From sequence record SRR31156797_916: 64,000 bases of DNA. One strand, written 5' to 3'. Under the pieces are notes generated by a model. The model was given only the letters and a program-made list of their open reading frames with translations. It did no database searches and was not told the DNA's origin. Below, one piece after another: positions 50,580 through 60,971 of the stretch. A program made the position numbers and the translations under genes. Numbering within the stretch: position 1 is the first letter of the stretch; every line of letters starts with the position of its first letter.

Positions 50580-51314
50580 ATGAATTTTGAGGCATTCTTT
50601 AAACTCACCTATGGCCTGTATATACTAAGTTCTAAGGATGGGGAGCGGTTAAACGGGCATGTTTCCAATACTGTTTTTCAGGTTACTGCTGAACCTCCAC
50701 GAATTATGGTAGCAACACATCGTGAAAACCTTACAACAGATTTCATTCGTAAAAGCAGGGTTTTTGCAGTTTCAGCAATTGAGAAAGAGGTTACACTAGA
50801 TTTTTTGGGACCCTGGGGGTTTAAAAGTGGGAGAGAGGTGAGGAAATTTGATGACATTAATTACAAAACGGCAAAAACCGGATCACCCATAGTCACTGAA
50901 AAATGTATTGCCTGGTACGACTGCGAGGTTGAACAGGAAATGGAAGTGGGTACTCACGTTTTGTTTATCGGAAAAGTGGTTGACCTGGATGTTTTGGATG
51001 ATAAAAAAGAACCATTAATTTACGCATATTACAGGGACGTTATTAAAGGTGTATCTCCTGAAAACTCGCCTACCTATCTTCCGGATGAAAAACTTGGCCA
51101 CGATGATGCTAAAGAGGAAGAACAAGTGAGTGAGGAAAAGCCTGCTGGCGAATTGAAAAAATATCGATGTGTGATTTGCGGCCATATTTATGATCCGGCC
51201 GAAGGCGATCCGCCGGCAGGAATTCCACCTGGTACTGCATTTGAGGATATTCCTGAAGATTGGACCTGCCCAATTTGTGGAGTTAGCAAATCGGATTTCA
51301 TACCTTATGATTAA
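50580..51314 (+). CDS. Flavin reductase-rubredoxin fusion (high-molecular-weight rubredoxin-like)
   Basis: LTYGLY...GFKSGR...GTHVLFIG; C-terminal [10 protein letters not shown]...WTCPICG. Confidence 0.9.
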   Translation: MNFEAFFKLTYGLYILSSKDGERLNGHVSNTVFQVTAEPPRIMVATHRENLTTDFIRKSRVFAVSAIEKEVTLDFLGPWGFKSGREVRKFDDINYKTAKTGSPIVTEKCIAWYDCEVEQEMEVGTHVLFIGKVVDLDVLDDKKEPLIYAYYRDVIKGVSPENSPTYLPDEKLGHDDAKEEEQVSEEKPAGELKKYRCVICGHIYDPAEGDPPAGIPPGTAFEDIPEDWTCPICGVSKSDFIPYD

Positions 51315-51317
51315 ATT

Positions 51318-51342
51318 AAAAAAGCCTCCATTTACGGAGGCT
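51318..51342 (-). terminator. Intrinsic terminator between convergent genes
   Basis: AGCCTCC-ATTTAC-GGAGGCT preceded by an A-tract. Confidence 0.65.
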
Positions 51343-51371
51343 CATTAATTTAAGTCACAAAAAAAACTATA

Positions 51372-52079
51372 TTACTTACTGGTAAGTTCGTTAGATTTTA
51401 ATGCTACAAGATTGATGGTTAAACCCATTTCGTCATTGATGAAATTATCTTTTAAATCATCAAAAAATGACCTCGAACCATACTGCACATTCCATTGAGC
51501 CCTGTCAATAAAGAACTGATTTGTTTTTGCCGAAATCTGATCCCCTGACATACTCACCCGTGCATTGAATGTAATGCTTTTGGTGATGTCTTTCATGGTT
51601 AAGTTTCCGGTAATGGCATGTGTTGGAACAATGTCACCCTTTTCTTTCGACTTATCAACTTTAAGGCCGTCAATGGACTTAACATCAGTAACAACAAATT
51701 TTGCTGATGGATATGTTCCAACCTCAAAAAAGTCATCACTTTTCAGATGGCCTGTTAGTTTTGCGTTTTTATCCGGATCGGTCAGGTCTACCACAACAAT
51801 CGAATTCATATCAATAATAAATTCCCCTCCGGTTAATTCTCCATCAGTAACTTCCAGACTTCCGCTGCTGATATCAATTGTTCCGTTGTGTTTCCCTGTA
51901 GGCTTATAGCCTTCCCATGCAATGCTGCTCTCATTTGTATTTGGCACATACACTTCATCATAACCTGATTTGGTTACTTTCTGAGCATCAGTTGCTTCAG
52001 TTTTTTTGCCACCTGATGAACAAGCGGCTGCCATAAATACGATTGCTGATAGTAAAAATAATCCTAATTGATTTTTCAT
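51372..52079 (-). CDS. YceI family lipoprotein
   Basis: Lipobox AAAC; HNGTI, IDMNSI, HLKSDDFFEV, GNLTMKDIT, IDR. Confidence 0.9.
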   Translation of the reverse strand: MKNQLGLFLLSAIVFMAAACSSGGKKTEATDAQKVTKSGYDEVYVPNTNESSIAWEGYKPTGKHNGTIDISSGSLEVTDGELTGGEFIIDMNSIVVVDLTDPDKNAKLTGHLKSDDFFEVGTYPSAKFVVTDVKSIDGLKVDKSKEKGDIVPTHAITGNLTMKDITKSITFNARVSMSGDQISAKTNQFFIDRAQWNVQYGSRSFFDDLKDNFINDEMGLTINLVALKSNELTSK

Positions 52080-52551
52080 GATAAATATATTTTGTTTAAA
52101 GTAATCTTATAAACTTTAAACTTAAGCGCTTGTTCAGAAACAATTATTTAAAATTCCTTAATAAGTCAAAAGCTGGTCATAACTGCAGGTTTCCACAGTT
52201 TGAATTTGTATGGTCTTTCAACGTTTTTGCGAGATTAATAAAATTTGATGTATCTCATCCCTGAATAGGTAATTACACACCGATAATTGATCATCCGGTA
52301 TTTTAGATGAATGACCTGATTCATCTGTCGAGATGAACCAAAAACACAAGGCCATGTAATTTTTATGTAATTTTGTTTTTATAATTGCGATTAGATTTTT
52401 GTTAGGGGTGATGATTTGATGAGATTCTTCTTTATTGAAATTAAAATCTAAGCATTTTTTACCTCAGGCTTTAAATTTTATTAGCATATATTATTTGCCT
52501 TTTTCTGCTATTTAGCTACCAGATAAACTATTTAACTTTGACTCCAAAACG

Positions 52552-53022
52552 ATGAATGAAAAAGTAGTAAACCAACTCGAACCTTTAACAACCCTTGAAA
52601 GATTAGACATCGTAAATTTCCTTTATGAACATTTGGGTGAATATGGTGACACCAGGGAAAACATAGGCCACGCTGTAGATTATGCTATGGATTCGAACCC
52701 AAAGGCTGGTGGTTTTATATTCCAAATGATGGAAAGTGATCAAATGGTGGGTGTTACAGTACTTAACAGAACCGGAATGGAAGGTTACATTCCCGAGAAT
52801 TTGTTGGTATACATTGCAGTTCACAAAGACTATCATGGGAAGGGACTAGCACAAAAAATGCTGAACCGGGTTCTACAACTGACGAACGGTGATATCGCGT
52901 TACATGTAGAAAAAAATAACCCGATTATTGACCTGTACAAAAAGGTTGGATTTGAAAATCCATATCTTGAAATGCGTTACATCGTTAATAAACAAGAAAA
53001 ACAAAACATAACCTTAAATTAA
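52552..53022 (+). CDS. GNAT family N-acetyltransferase
   Basis: YIAVHKDYHGKGLA, LHVEKNNP...LYKKVGF; TAACTTTG -7 element at 52533-52540. Confidence 0.9.
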   Translation: MNEKVVNQLEPLTTLERLDIVNFLYEHLGEYGDTRENIGHAVDYAMDSNPKAGGFIFQMMESDQMVGVTVLNRTGMEGYIPENLLVYIAVHKDYHGKGLAQKMLNRVLQLTNGDIALHVEKNNPIIDLYKKVGFENPYLEMRYIVNKQEKQNITLN

Positions 53023-53034
53023 ATTTCTTTTCTA

Positions 53035-54186
53035 ATGTATTATCCTTCTTATATAGAGATCAGTAGATCAGCTATCGAAAACAATATTAATTTTTTACGC
53101 AAACTATATGGTGACGGGGTAAGGATATCCTCTGTAGTAAAAGCCAATGCTTATGGCCATGGAATAGCACAGTTTGTTCCGATTGTGGAATCATGTGGCA
53201 TCGATCACTTTTCGGTATTTTCGATGGATGAGGCACAGGATGTGCGCAGGGCCTTAAAAAATCATGCCGACATTATGGTTATGGGATGGGTTCATCCTTC
53301 AGATATTGAACTTGCAATCATGCAGGGAATTGAAATTTATGTTTTTGAACCCGAGACGCTTGAAACCGCTGTGAAACTGGCCCGTAAATTAAAGCAACCG
53401 ATCATCATACACCTTGAGATTGAAACCGGAATGAACCGCACCGGACTCACAAGTGTGGAGCTTAAGTACTTATTGAAAATTATTCAGGAAAACCCGACTC
53501 ATATTCACGTTCGCGGACTTTGTACCCATTATGCCGGTGCCGAGAGTATTTCGAATTATGTAAGGATTCAACATCAAATCAAAGCTTTTAACCGTACGTA
53601 CAAATGGTTGGCCAAACGGAGCGTAGTGCCTGATATGATTCATACTGCATGTTCGGCGGCTTCAATTGCATATCCAAAAACACACATGGATATGTTACGC
53701 ATCGGTATCTTACAATATGGTTTTTGGCCCAGTCCTGAAACTTTTATCTATTACACCAGCGGAAAACTAGACAAACAAGATCCGCTGCAGCGGGTTATCA
53801 GTTGGAAGAGCACAGTGATGAGTCTGAAATCAGTAAAAGCCGGTGAGTTTGTGAGCTATGGCACAACCTATCTTGCCAAGGATGATATAAAAATTGCTAT
53901 AATCCCAACAGGTTATTCCCACGGCTACAGCCGCGACCTCAGTAATCAGGGTCGGGTGCTAATAAAAGGACACCGGGTTGGCGTGGTTGGAATGGTGAAT
54001 ATGAATATGGTTATTGCCGATGTTACCGGTATTGACGGCATTGAAATAGGAGATGAGGTGGTGATAATCGGAATGCAGGCAGATAATGAGATTACAGTGG
54101 CATCTTTTATTGAATTTAGTAACCAGATGAACTATGAACTGCTGGCCCGCCTGCCACAAAATATCCCGCGCTATATTGTCGACTAA
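53035..54186 (+). CDS. alr: Alanine racemase
   Basis: VVKANAYGHG (PLP Lys), ETGMNRTG, THYA, VSYG, GYSHG. Confidence 0.93.
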   Translation: MYYPSYIEISRSAIENNINFLRKLYGDGVRISSVVKANAYGHGIAQFVPIVESCGIDHFSVFSMDEAQDVRRALKNHADIMVMGWVHPSDIELAIMQGIEIYVFEPETLETAVKLARKLKQPIIIHLEIETGMNRTGLTSVELKYLLKIIQENPTHIHVRGLCTHYAGAESISNYVRIQHQIKAFNRTYKWLAKRSVVPDMIHTACSAASIAYPKTHMDMLRIGILQYGFWPSPETFIYYTSGKLDKQDPLQRVISWKSTVMSLKSVKAGEFVSYGTTYLAKDDIKIAIIPTGYSHGYSRDLSNQGRVLIKGHRVGVVGMVNMNMVIADVTGIDGIEIGDEVVIIGMQADNEITVASFIEFSNQMNYELLARLPQNIPRYIVD

Positions 54187-54337
54187 TTTATAGAAAAGAG
54201 ACAGGAAGTTAATAATCAGGGCGCATTTATCGCACATCATACGTAACGCTTAAAATGAAGCATGCCTTAAAATGAATTTTAAGTAGGCAAAGTATAATTT
54301 TGGTGTGAAGTATTCAAGCGTATCTCAACAAGAAACA

Positions 54338-55225
54338 ATGGGCAGGCCAGATAAAAAGATCAATGCAATTTTTATTGTTAATCCCTTCTCCGGAGTAGGG
54401 CACCAAAAGGCAATTGAGAAGCAACTTAACCAAAGGCTCAATCATGATGTTTTTGATTATCAGGTTCACTATACCAAAAGGCAACATCATGCAACTGAAA
54501 TTTGTGAAGATGCAATAAAAAGTAATACCGACCTGGTTGTGGCCGTTGGCGGTGATGGAACCGTAAATGAAACTGCAAAACCCCTTGTTGGCCATGATAT
54601 CCCAATGGGGATTATTCCTTCGGGGTCAGGAAACGGATTGGCACGGCATCTTAAAATCCCGCTGGATGTGTCCAGGGCAATCAGGGTTTTAAATGGGCTG
54701 AAGTGGCAAAAAATTGATACTGTTGAAGTGAATGATCAGTTTTTTCTAAGCATTGCGGGCGTAGGGTTTGATGCTTATGTTGCAAAAAAATTGACCGGAG
54801 AAAAAAAACGAGGATTTTTTGCTTATTTCAAAATTGCTGTTGGTGAATATTTGCGTTACCGGCCAAAAAAATTCACGTTGGTTGTGGATGGTAAAAAGCT
54901 CAAACGCAGAGCGCTCTTCATCAGCTTTGCAAATTCTGATCAGTTTGGTTACAACACCTCCATTGCTCCCCAGGCTAAAATTGATGACGGGATGATAGAT
55001 ATCTGTATAATGAAGAAATTCCCGATTTGGAAATCTGTGTTTTTAGCACCGCTTTTGTTTACAGGATTAATCGATCGGTCGTCCTATGTCGAAATTATCA
55101 GGGCACACGAAGTAGACATCCATCAGAAAAAGAAACACATAAATCTGGACGGAGAATCTGTTAAACTGAGCAAGGATTTACGCATTAAAGTTTTACCTGA
55201 GTCTTTAAAGGTTATCGTACCATAA
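54338..55225 (+). CDS. Diacylglycerol/lipid kinase (YegS/BmrU family)
   Basis: IVNPFSG, GGDGTVNE, PSGSGNGLA, GVGFDA, LDGE. Confidence 0.92.
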   Translation: MGRPDKKINAIFIVNPFSGVGHQKAIEKQLNQRLNHDVFDYQVHYTKRQHHATEICEDAIKSNTDLVVAVGGDGTVNETAKPLVGHDIPMGIIPSGSGNGLARHLKIPLDVSRAIRVLNGLKWQKIDTVEVNDQFFLSIAGVGFDAYVAKKLTGEKKRGFFAYFKIAVGEYLRYRPKKFTLVVDGKKLKRRALFISFANSDQFGYNTSIAPQAKIDDGMIDICIMKKFPIWKSVFLAPLLFTGLIDRSSYVEIIRAHEVDIHQKKKHINLDGESVKLSKDLRIKVLPESLKVIVP

Positions 55226-55242
55226 TCTGGTAATAACAAACT

Positions 55243-55791
55243 ATGAAAGACCTTTCACTGCATATTCTTGATCTTGTGCACAACGCTGCAACAGCCCGGG
55301 CATCACAAATTGATATCGCAATTCGTGAAGATGTAATGGGGAATAGGTTTGCCATTACTGTTTTGGATAACGGAAAAGGTATCGGGCCGGAGATGCTTTC
55401 AACCGTAACCGATGCCTATACAACCAGCCGCAAAAGCCGGAAGGTGGGACTTGGACTACCCTTGCTTAAACATAGTGCGGAACAGTCCGGGGGGAATTTA
55501 CAGGTTGAATCTGTGCCTGGTAAAGGAACCACGGTTACAGCTATTTTTAAACTTGATCATATCGACAGGCCACCTTTAGGTGATATAGCAGGTGTTCTAA
55601 TTCAATTGTTTGGCGCCTTCGAAGAAATCCGTTTTAATTATGACCACCAAACTGAAAATGGAAAATTCAGATTAGATACAAATGAAATTAAAGAGGTCCT
55701 CGGTGGTGTGTCGGTCAACAACCGGGAAATCAGGAATTACCTGAAGGAAATGATAGCTGAAAACCTTATGCATATTCATGCAGGCCAATAA
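55243..55791 (+). CDS. Stand-alone HATPase_c (histidine kinase-like ATP-binding) protein
   Basis: LHILDLVHN, DNGKG, GLGLPLL, PGKGT, HIDRPPLGD. Confidence 0.85.
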   Translation: MKDLSLHILDLVHNAATARASQIDIAIREDVMGNRFAITVLDNGKGIGPEMLSTVTDAYTTSRKSRKVGLGLPLLKHSAEQSGGNLQVESVPGKGTTVTAIFKLDHIDRPPLGDIAGVLIQLFGAFEEIRFNYDHQTENGKFRLDTNEIKEVLGGVSVNNREIRNYLKEMIAENLMHIHAGQ

Positions 55792-55954
55792 ATGTATTTG
55801 TTTGTTAATTTAGCTTTTAACTGTTTGCATACCTAATATCCCGGTCGAAATTTTGTAGTCCGGGACTGGCTAAAATATGAGATACCCAAATGTTAAAATT
55901 TCCTAAGCAAGTTGTTTTTTTATAATTTTGAAGCGAAATCAGCCTCCAGTTTCC

Positions 55955-56503
55955 ATGTTGAATCAACTACGTAAAAACCTTATCCTGCTTTTAATAAAAC
56001 GTAATCAAAAAAAGATAATCAGGAGCAGGACAAAGGTTTCTCTTCATCAGGCCAAAAAAGTGGGGATGATCTTGATGATTGATTCACAAGAAATGCTTGA
56101 TCAGGTGGTGAAAATGAAAAGAACAATCGAAAGCTATGGGTCTAAAGTGGAAGGTATTGCTTTTGTGCCTTCAAAAGAGCTGCCACAATATTTTATAGAT
56201 CAGATGCAAGTAACAGCCTTCACAAAAAAACAGGTGAATATTGCCGGAATACCGGGTGGGATGGTGGTAAAGGATTTTCTGAATAAAGAATATGATATTT
56301 TAATCGACCTTAGCGTCGGGGAATTCCTCCCTTTGCGATACCTGGCCGGAATGGCAAGAGCCGGGGTTAAAGCTGGCAAGTATGACGAAAGCATGGTACA
56401 TGTTTATGATTTTATGATTAAGAATGATACCGGGAATAATTTTGGAGATTTCCTTTTTACAATGAAAAATTATCTCTCAAAAATAAATACTACACAGACA
56501 TGA
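55955..56503 (+). CDS. Conserved hypothetical protein upstream of dapA (DUF6913-like)
   Basis: YDILIDLS...YDFMI motifs; ATGA overlap with dapA. Confidence 0.65.
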   Translation: MLNQLRKNLILLLIKRNQKKIIRSRTKVSLHQAKKVGMILMIDSQEMLDQVVKMKRTIESYGSKVEGIAFVPSKELPQYFIDQMQVTAFTKKQVNIAGIPGGMVVKDFLNKEYDILIDLSVGEFLPLRYLAGMARAGVKAGKYDESMVHVYDFMIKNDTGNNFGDFLFTMKNYLSKINTTQT

Positions 56504-57405
56504 AGACAAATTTCTCAGGAACCGGGGTAGCACTTGTAACACCATTTCACAAGTATGGCACCATCGATTTCACCTCACTCGAAAAAATTGTAGCGCATGT
56601 CATCAAAGGTAATGTTGATTATCTGGTTGTTTTGGGAACAACCGGCGAAGCAGCAACCCTTTCGGCTGATGAAAAAAATGCCATCATCGAATATGTGATT
56701 GAGATCACAAACAATAGAATTCCCATTGTTGTTGGGCTAGGAGGAAACAATACACAGGAGATCATCAACACAATCAAGTCGCAGTCATTTGATGGAATTA
56801 GTGGCATACTTTCAGTTTGTCCATATTACAACAAACCGCAGCAAAAAGGTATTTATCAGCATTACAAAACCATCGCCAGCGCATCACCATTGCCGGTTAT
56901 CATTTACAATGTGCCTGGCCGCACAGGTACCAACATCAGCGTTGAAACTACCCTGCAGCTGGCCAACGAATTTGACAATATTGTTGCCATCAAGGAGGCC
57001 TCCGGAGATCTCATGCAGGTTTCGCAGATTATAAAACACAAGCCCAAAGATTTTATGGTGCTGTCAGGCGATGATGCGCTAACGCTTCCAATGATTTCGC
57101 TGGGTGCAGGCGGAGTTATTTCAGTAACAGCAAACGCATTTCCCGATGAGTATTCAAAAATGGTGAATCTTTCGCTTAAAGGAAATTTTGCGGATGCCGC
57201 CCGGATGCATTATAACTTATTTGAAATTATGGAAACGCTTTTTGAAGATGGCAGCCCGGGAGGGATTAAGGCTGCACTTCAAATCCTGGACCTTGCACAG
57301 AATAACTTAAGACTGCCTGTCGTTAAAATCAACAAATCAGTATATTTAAAATTAAGTAACTTAATAACGGAATATTTAGAATTAAAAACCAAAAAAGTAA
57401 AATGA
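56500..57405 (+). CDS. dapA: 4-hydroxy-tetrahydrodipicolinate synthase
   Basis: ALVTPF, GTTGE, PYYNKP, YNVPGRT, IKEASG, SGDD. Confidence 0.97.
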   Translation: MKTNFSGTGVALVTPFHKYGTIDFTSLEKIVAHVIKGNVDYLVVLGTTGEAATLSADEKNAIIEYVIEITNNRIPIVVGLGGNNTQEIINTIKSQSFDGISGILSVCPYYNKPQQKGIYQHYKTIASASPLPVIIYNVPGRTGTNISVETTLQLANEFDNIVAIKEASGDLMQVSQIIKHKPKDFMVLSGDDALTLPMISLGAGGVISVTANAFPDEYSKMVNLSLKGNFADAARMHYNLFEIMETLFEDGSPGGIKAALQILDLAQNNLRLPVVKINKSVYLKLSNLITEYLELKTKKVK

Positions 57406-59978
57406 ATCAGAAAAATCTACTCGTAGTACTAATTACTTTGTTACTAGCCTCAACTTTAACAGCTCAACAACAGTCCATCAGCGAAATTTTTGGAGAGAGA
57501 GGGGAAATCTATTTTAAGTTTTACCGCGGTCAGCATGACCTCGATAAATTGTCGAGAATTATTTCCATCGACAATATTTCGGGTGAAACGGTTTTTGCAT
57601 ATGCCAACAAAAAGGAAATGGCTTCATTTCTTGAAATTACCAACGATTTTGAATTGCTTCCCAAGCCTGGCGAATTGATCAAAAATCCTAAAATGCTCAG
57701 TGAAATTAATGTAAAGGAAATCGACGAGTGGGATTTTTATCCTACTTACGAGGGCTACCTGGATATGATGAACCAATTTGCATCAAACCACCCTGATATT
57801 TGTGAAGTGTTTTCAATTGGCCAATCCGTTGAAGGGCGCGAATTGATGGTGGCGAAAATTTCGGATAATGTGGGGACCCGCGAGGCAGAACCACAGTTTC
57901 TCTACACCGGAACCATTCATGGTGATGAAACCACAGGTTATGTTTTACTACTTCGCCTTATCGATTATCTGCTTGAAAATTATGGCACCGATCCACGGGT
58001 AACCAATATGGTTGATAACATTGAAATATGGATAAATCCTGCATCCAACCCGGATGGAACGTATGCCGGTGGTAATAGTACGGTGAACGGCGCTACCCGT
58101 ACCAATGCAAACTATGTAGACCTGAATCGTAATTATGCTGATCCGGAAGACGGCCCCCATCCGGATGGAAATGCCTGGCAGGATGAAACAGTCGCATTTA
58201 TGCAACTTGCCGAGCAGGAGCATTTTGTGATGTCAGCAAACTTTCATGGTGGTACTGAAGTTATTAACTACCCATGGGATACGTGGCCAACACTTGCCGC
58301 TGATGACGACTGGTGGATTTATGTTTCCAGGGAGTATGTAGATACAGTTCATCTATATTCACCATCAAATTATATGAATGAATATAACAATGGGATAACC
58401 AATGGATACCAGTGGTATACCATTAGTGGGGGGCGCCAGGATTACATGAATTTTTTCCAGCAGTGCCGCGAGGTTACCATGGAACTATCAGACGTTAAGT
58501 TATTGTCGCCATCACAGCTTCCCGACCACTGGGACTGGAATTACCGGTCGATGTTGAATTACCTGGAGCAATGCACTTACGGCGTGAGTGGGCTGGTTAC
58601 AGATGCTGAAAACGGAGATCCGTTGCATGCTATGGTTTATATTGATGGGCACGATACGGACAGCTCAATGGTTTTTGCCGATCCCCGAACCGGGTTTTAT
58701 CAACGAATGCTTGATGAGGGTACATACGACATAACTTTTTCGGCTCCCGGTAAATATCCGGTGACCATAGAAGATGTTGTGGTTACAGAATATAATACTG
58801 TTAACCTTGATGTTGAGTTGGATGCAGGTAGTCTTATTGCTGATTTTACTGCATCTTCAACTTCTGTTTCCATAGGAAGTTCAGTGAACTTCACAGACCT
58901 TTCTTTTGGAAATCCTGTTGCCTGGGAATGGACATTTGAAGGAGCCACTCCGTCAACATCAACGGAGCAGAATCCGACTGGAATTATCTGGGATGAAACA
59001 GGAACTTATGACGTTTCGCTGATGGTAACAGATGGTGACGGAAACACTGAAACCATGATGAAAGAAGATTACATTTCGGTAAATGCTGAATTTTTCATGG
59101 GCAACGAAACCATAACAACCTGTACGGGATTGTTTTTTGATACCGGTGGAGAATCAGGTGAATACAGCAATGATGAGGATTTTACGATGACCTTTTTGCC
59201 CGGTACTTCCGGATCAGGCATAATTGTGGAATTTGAGATGTTTGATGTGGAAGATAATGCCAGCTGCGATTACGACTGGCTAAAAATCTACAATGGTTCA
59301 ACCACTTCTGCAACGCTAATAGGCGAATATTGCGGCACGGATTCACCCGGAACAATTGAAGCAGATAATGAAGATGGAGCACTAACTTTTGAATTCCATT
59401 CAGACTATTCTGTAACTGAAGCGGGATGGAAAGCTGTAATAAGCTGTTCTGTGCCACCCTTACTCCCAGTAGCTGATTTTGAGGCCGATACCTCACATAT
59501 TCATCAGGGTGAAAGTATTCACTTCACTGATCTTTCAACAAATGACCCTACATCATGGGCATGGGTTTTCGAAGGTGGAACACCTGCTTCATCCAGCGAA
59601 CAAAATCCGGTAGTAACTTACGAAGTGCCGGGTGAGTATGATGTAACACTCATTGTGCAAAACGAATATGGCTCAGATTCGATGACAATCGAGGATTTTA
59701 TCATTGTTGACAGCACCATTGGAATTGATGAACTCATCGCGGCAAGTGTAAAAGTTTACCCAAACCCACTTGAAAAAGGACAAGTACTCTATGCTGAGGT
59801 GCCTCTGGAAATCGAATCCTATTTGCTATTCGATTATACGGGTAAGGTTCTGGAATCAGGTTCGGTAAACGCCGGGCTGATTAAAATTGATATGACTGGC
59901 AGGGAATCAGGCATTTATCTCTTGAAATTTAAATCAGCAGGAATCTGGATTTCACGAAAGATCAGTGTTATCAACTAG
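57402..59978 (+). CDS. Secreted M14 zinc carboxypeptidase with PKD-CUB-PKD domains and T9SS CTD
   Basis: HGDE, NPDG, DLNRN, FHGG, YPW, ELS; two PKD (FTDLS...WxWxFEG...EQNP); CUB (CDYDWL...GEYCG...FHSDYS...GWKA); CTD VYPNP...GIYLL. Confidence 0.9.
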   Translation: MNQKNLLVVLITLLLASTLTAQQQSISEIFGERGEIYFKFYRGQHDLDKLSRIISIDNISGETVFAYANKKEMASFLEITNDFELLPKPGELIKNPKMLSEINVKEIDEWDFYPTYEGYLDMMNQFASNHPDICEVFSIGQSVEGRELMVAKISDNVGTREAEPQFLYTGTIHGDETTGYVLLLRLIDYLLENYGTDPRVTNMVDNIEIWINPASNPDGTYAGGNSTVNGATRTNANYVDLNRNYADPEDGPHPDGNAWQDETVAFMQLAEQEHFVMSANFHGGTEVINYPWDTWPTLAADDDWWIYVSREYVDTVHLYSPSNYMNEYNNGITNGYQWYTISGGRQDYMNFFQQCREVTMELSDVKLLSPSQLPDHWDWNYRSMLNYLEQCTYGVSGLVTDAENGDPLHAMVYIDGHDTDSSMVFADPRTGFYQRMLDEGTYDITFSAPGKYPVTIEDVVVTEYNTVNLDVELDAGSLIADFTASSTSVSIGSSVNFTDLSFGNPVAWEWTFEGATPSTSTEQNPTGIIWDETGTYDVSLMVTDGDGNTETMMKEDYISVNAEFFMGNETITTCTGLFFDTGGESGEYSNDEDFTMTFLPGTSGSGIIVEFEMFDVEDNASCDYDWLKIYNGSTTSATLIGEYCGTDSPGTIEADNEDGALTFEFHSDYSVTEAGWKAVISCSVPPLLPVADFEADTSHIHQGESIHFTDLSTNDPTSWAWVFEGGTPASSSEQNPVVTYEVPGEYDVTLIVQNEYGSDSMTIEDFIIVDSTIGIDELIAASVKVYPNPLEKGQVLYAEVPLEIESYLLFDYTGKVLESGSVNAGLIKIDMTGRESGIYLLKFKSAGIWISRKISVIN

Positions 59979-60003
59979 AACAGTGCTATATTTTAAAATA
60001 TTT

Positions 60004-60035
60004 GGTGCAGTACCTTCGGGGCTGCACCTTTTTTT
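60004..60035 (+). terminator. Intrinsic terminator
   Basis: GGTGCAG-TACCTTCGGGG-CTGCACC followed by a T-tract. Confidence 0.8.
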
Positions 60036-60906
60036 ATAACATTTCAGGGCCTATCCTGATCCCGAATTGAAAAATGACCCGGTAGGCCACAAGCATTACA
60101 AAAGCCAGTACCATGGCTGCACGATCTGGTTTCACCTTGATTGGAAATTCATCAAAAAAGAAGGTTGGAAAAGTAGAATATCGTAACAGAATTGGCACTC
60201 CGAAGATCAAGCCGAGCAGCAGCACAAACATTTCATAATAGGTTAAAGCGGGTAATTTAACGACTAGAATAATCACTGTCCCCACAAGCAAAGGCAATAA
60301 CACATTTGCAAAAGTGAAAAAACTGCGGTTATGTTCATTCAGTTGGTTGAAATATGAGTTGGCTGAAAAGAGAAACCACTTTGTCGTTAAAGTTGATGTA
60401 ATCAAAAGCATGGTCAGGGCAAACAAAGAGAGGATAAGCTTTCCGGTATCCATAAAATAAAAATACATGACAACATAACCAAGACCTTTGTCAAGGATTG
60501 TCCCAGCCAGTAATGCGCCAAACGACCATATGATAGCATAAGCAAAACACCACAAAAAGAACAGCTTGTAATGTGCCTGGTTATCATACATCTGAATGAA
60601 GATGATTAGAAAAATGATACCAAAGAGCAGCGATACGATTGGGGTTATACTAAAAAGAAACTTTACGGCATCGCTCGTCCAGGCTCCTGAATCGATGGCA
60701 TATACCAGCTTGTAGTAATAAAGTATGCTGGTATATTCGAATTGGAGCGCGGCAATTGCTGTTGCGAAATGCGAGAGCAAATGCATGAATATGAAGGCAA
60801 TGATGAAATAGGAAAGTGAATTGAAAAAAATAATCAGGAAATTATTGAAAGTCCGTTTATTCCTGTCCTGCGTTAAATCTGCTTTTTTTTCAATTGTTTG
60901 TGACAT
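60034..60906 (-). CDS. Hypothetical multi-pass membrane protein
   Basis: About 7-8 hydrophobic segments; start placed at MSQTIEK. Confidence 0.7.
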   Translation of the reverse strand: MSQTIEKKADLTQDRNKRTFNNFLIIFFNSLSYFIIAFIFMHLLSHFATAIAALQFEYTSILYYYKLVYAIDSGAWTSDAVKFLFSITPIVSLLFGIIFLIIFIQMYDNQAHYKLFFLWCFAYAIIWSFGALLAGTILDKGLGYVVMYFYFMDTGKLILSLFALTMLLITSTLTTKWFLFSANSYFNQLNEHNRSFFTFANVLLPLLVGTVIILVVKLPALTYYEMFVLLLGLIFGVPILLRYSTFPTFFFDEFPIKVKPDRAAMVLAFVMLVAYRVIFQFGIRIGPEML

Positions 60907-60912
60907 ACGTAT

Positions 60913-60949
60913 AAAAAACCCATGCCGGATTAGCATGGGTTTCGTTTTT
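60913..60949 (-). terminator. Intrinsic terminator after spt
   Basis: AAACCCATGC-CGGATTA-GCATGGGTTT with A-tract. Confidence 0.75.
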
Positions 60950-60971
60950 AATGTGGTTATTCAATAACTTG

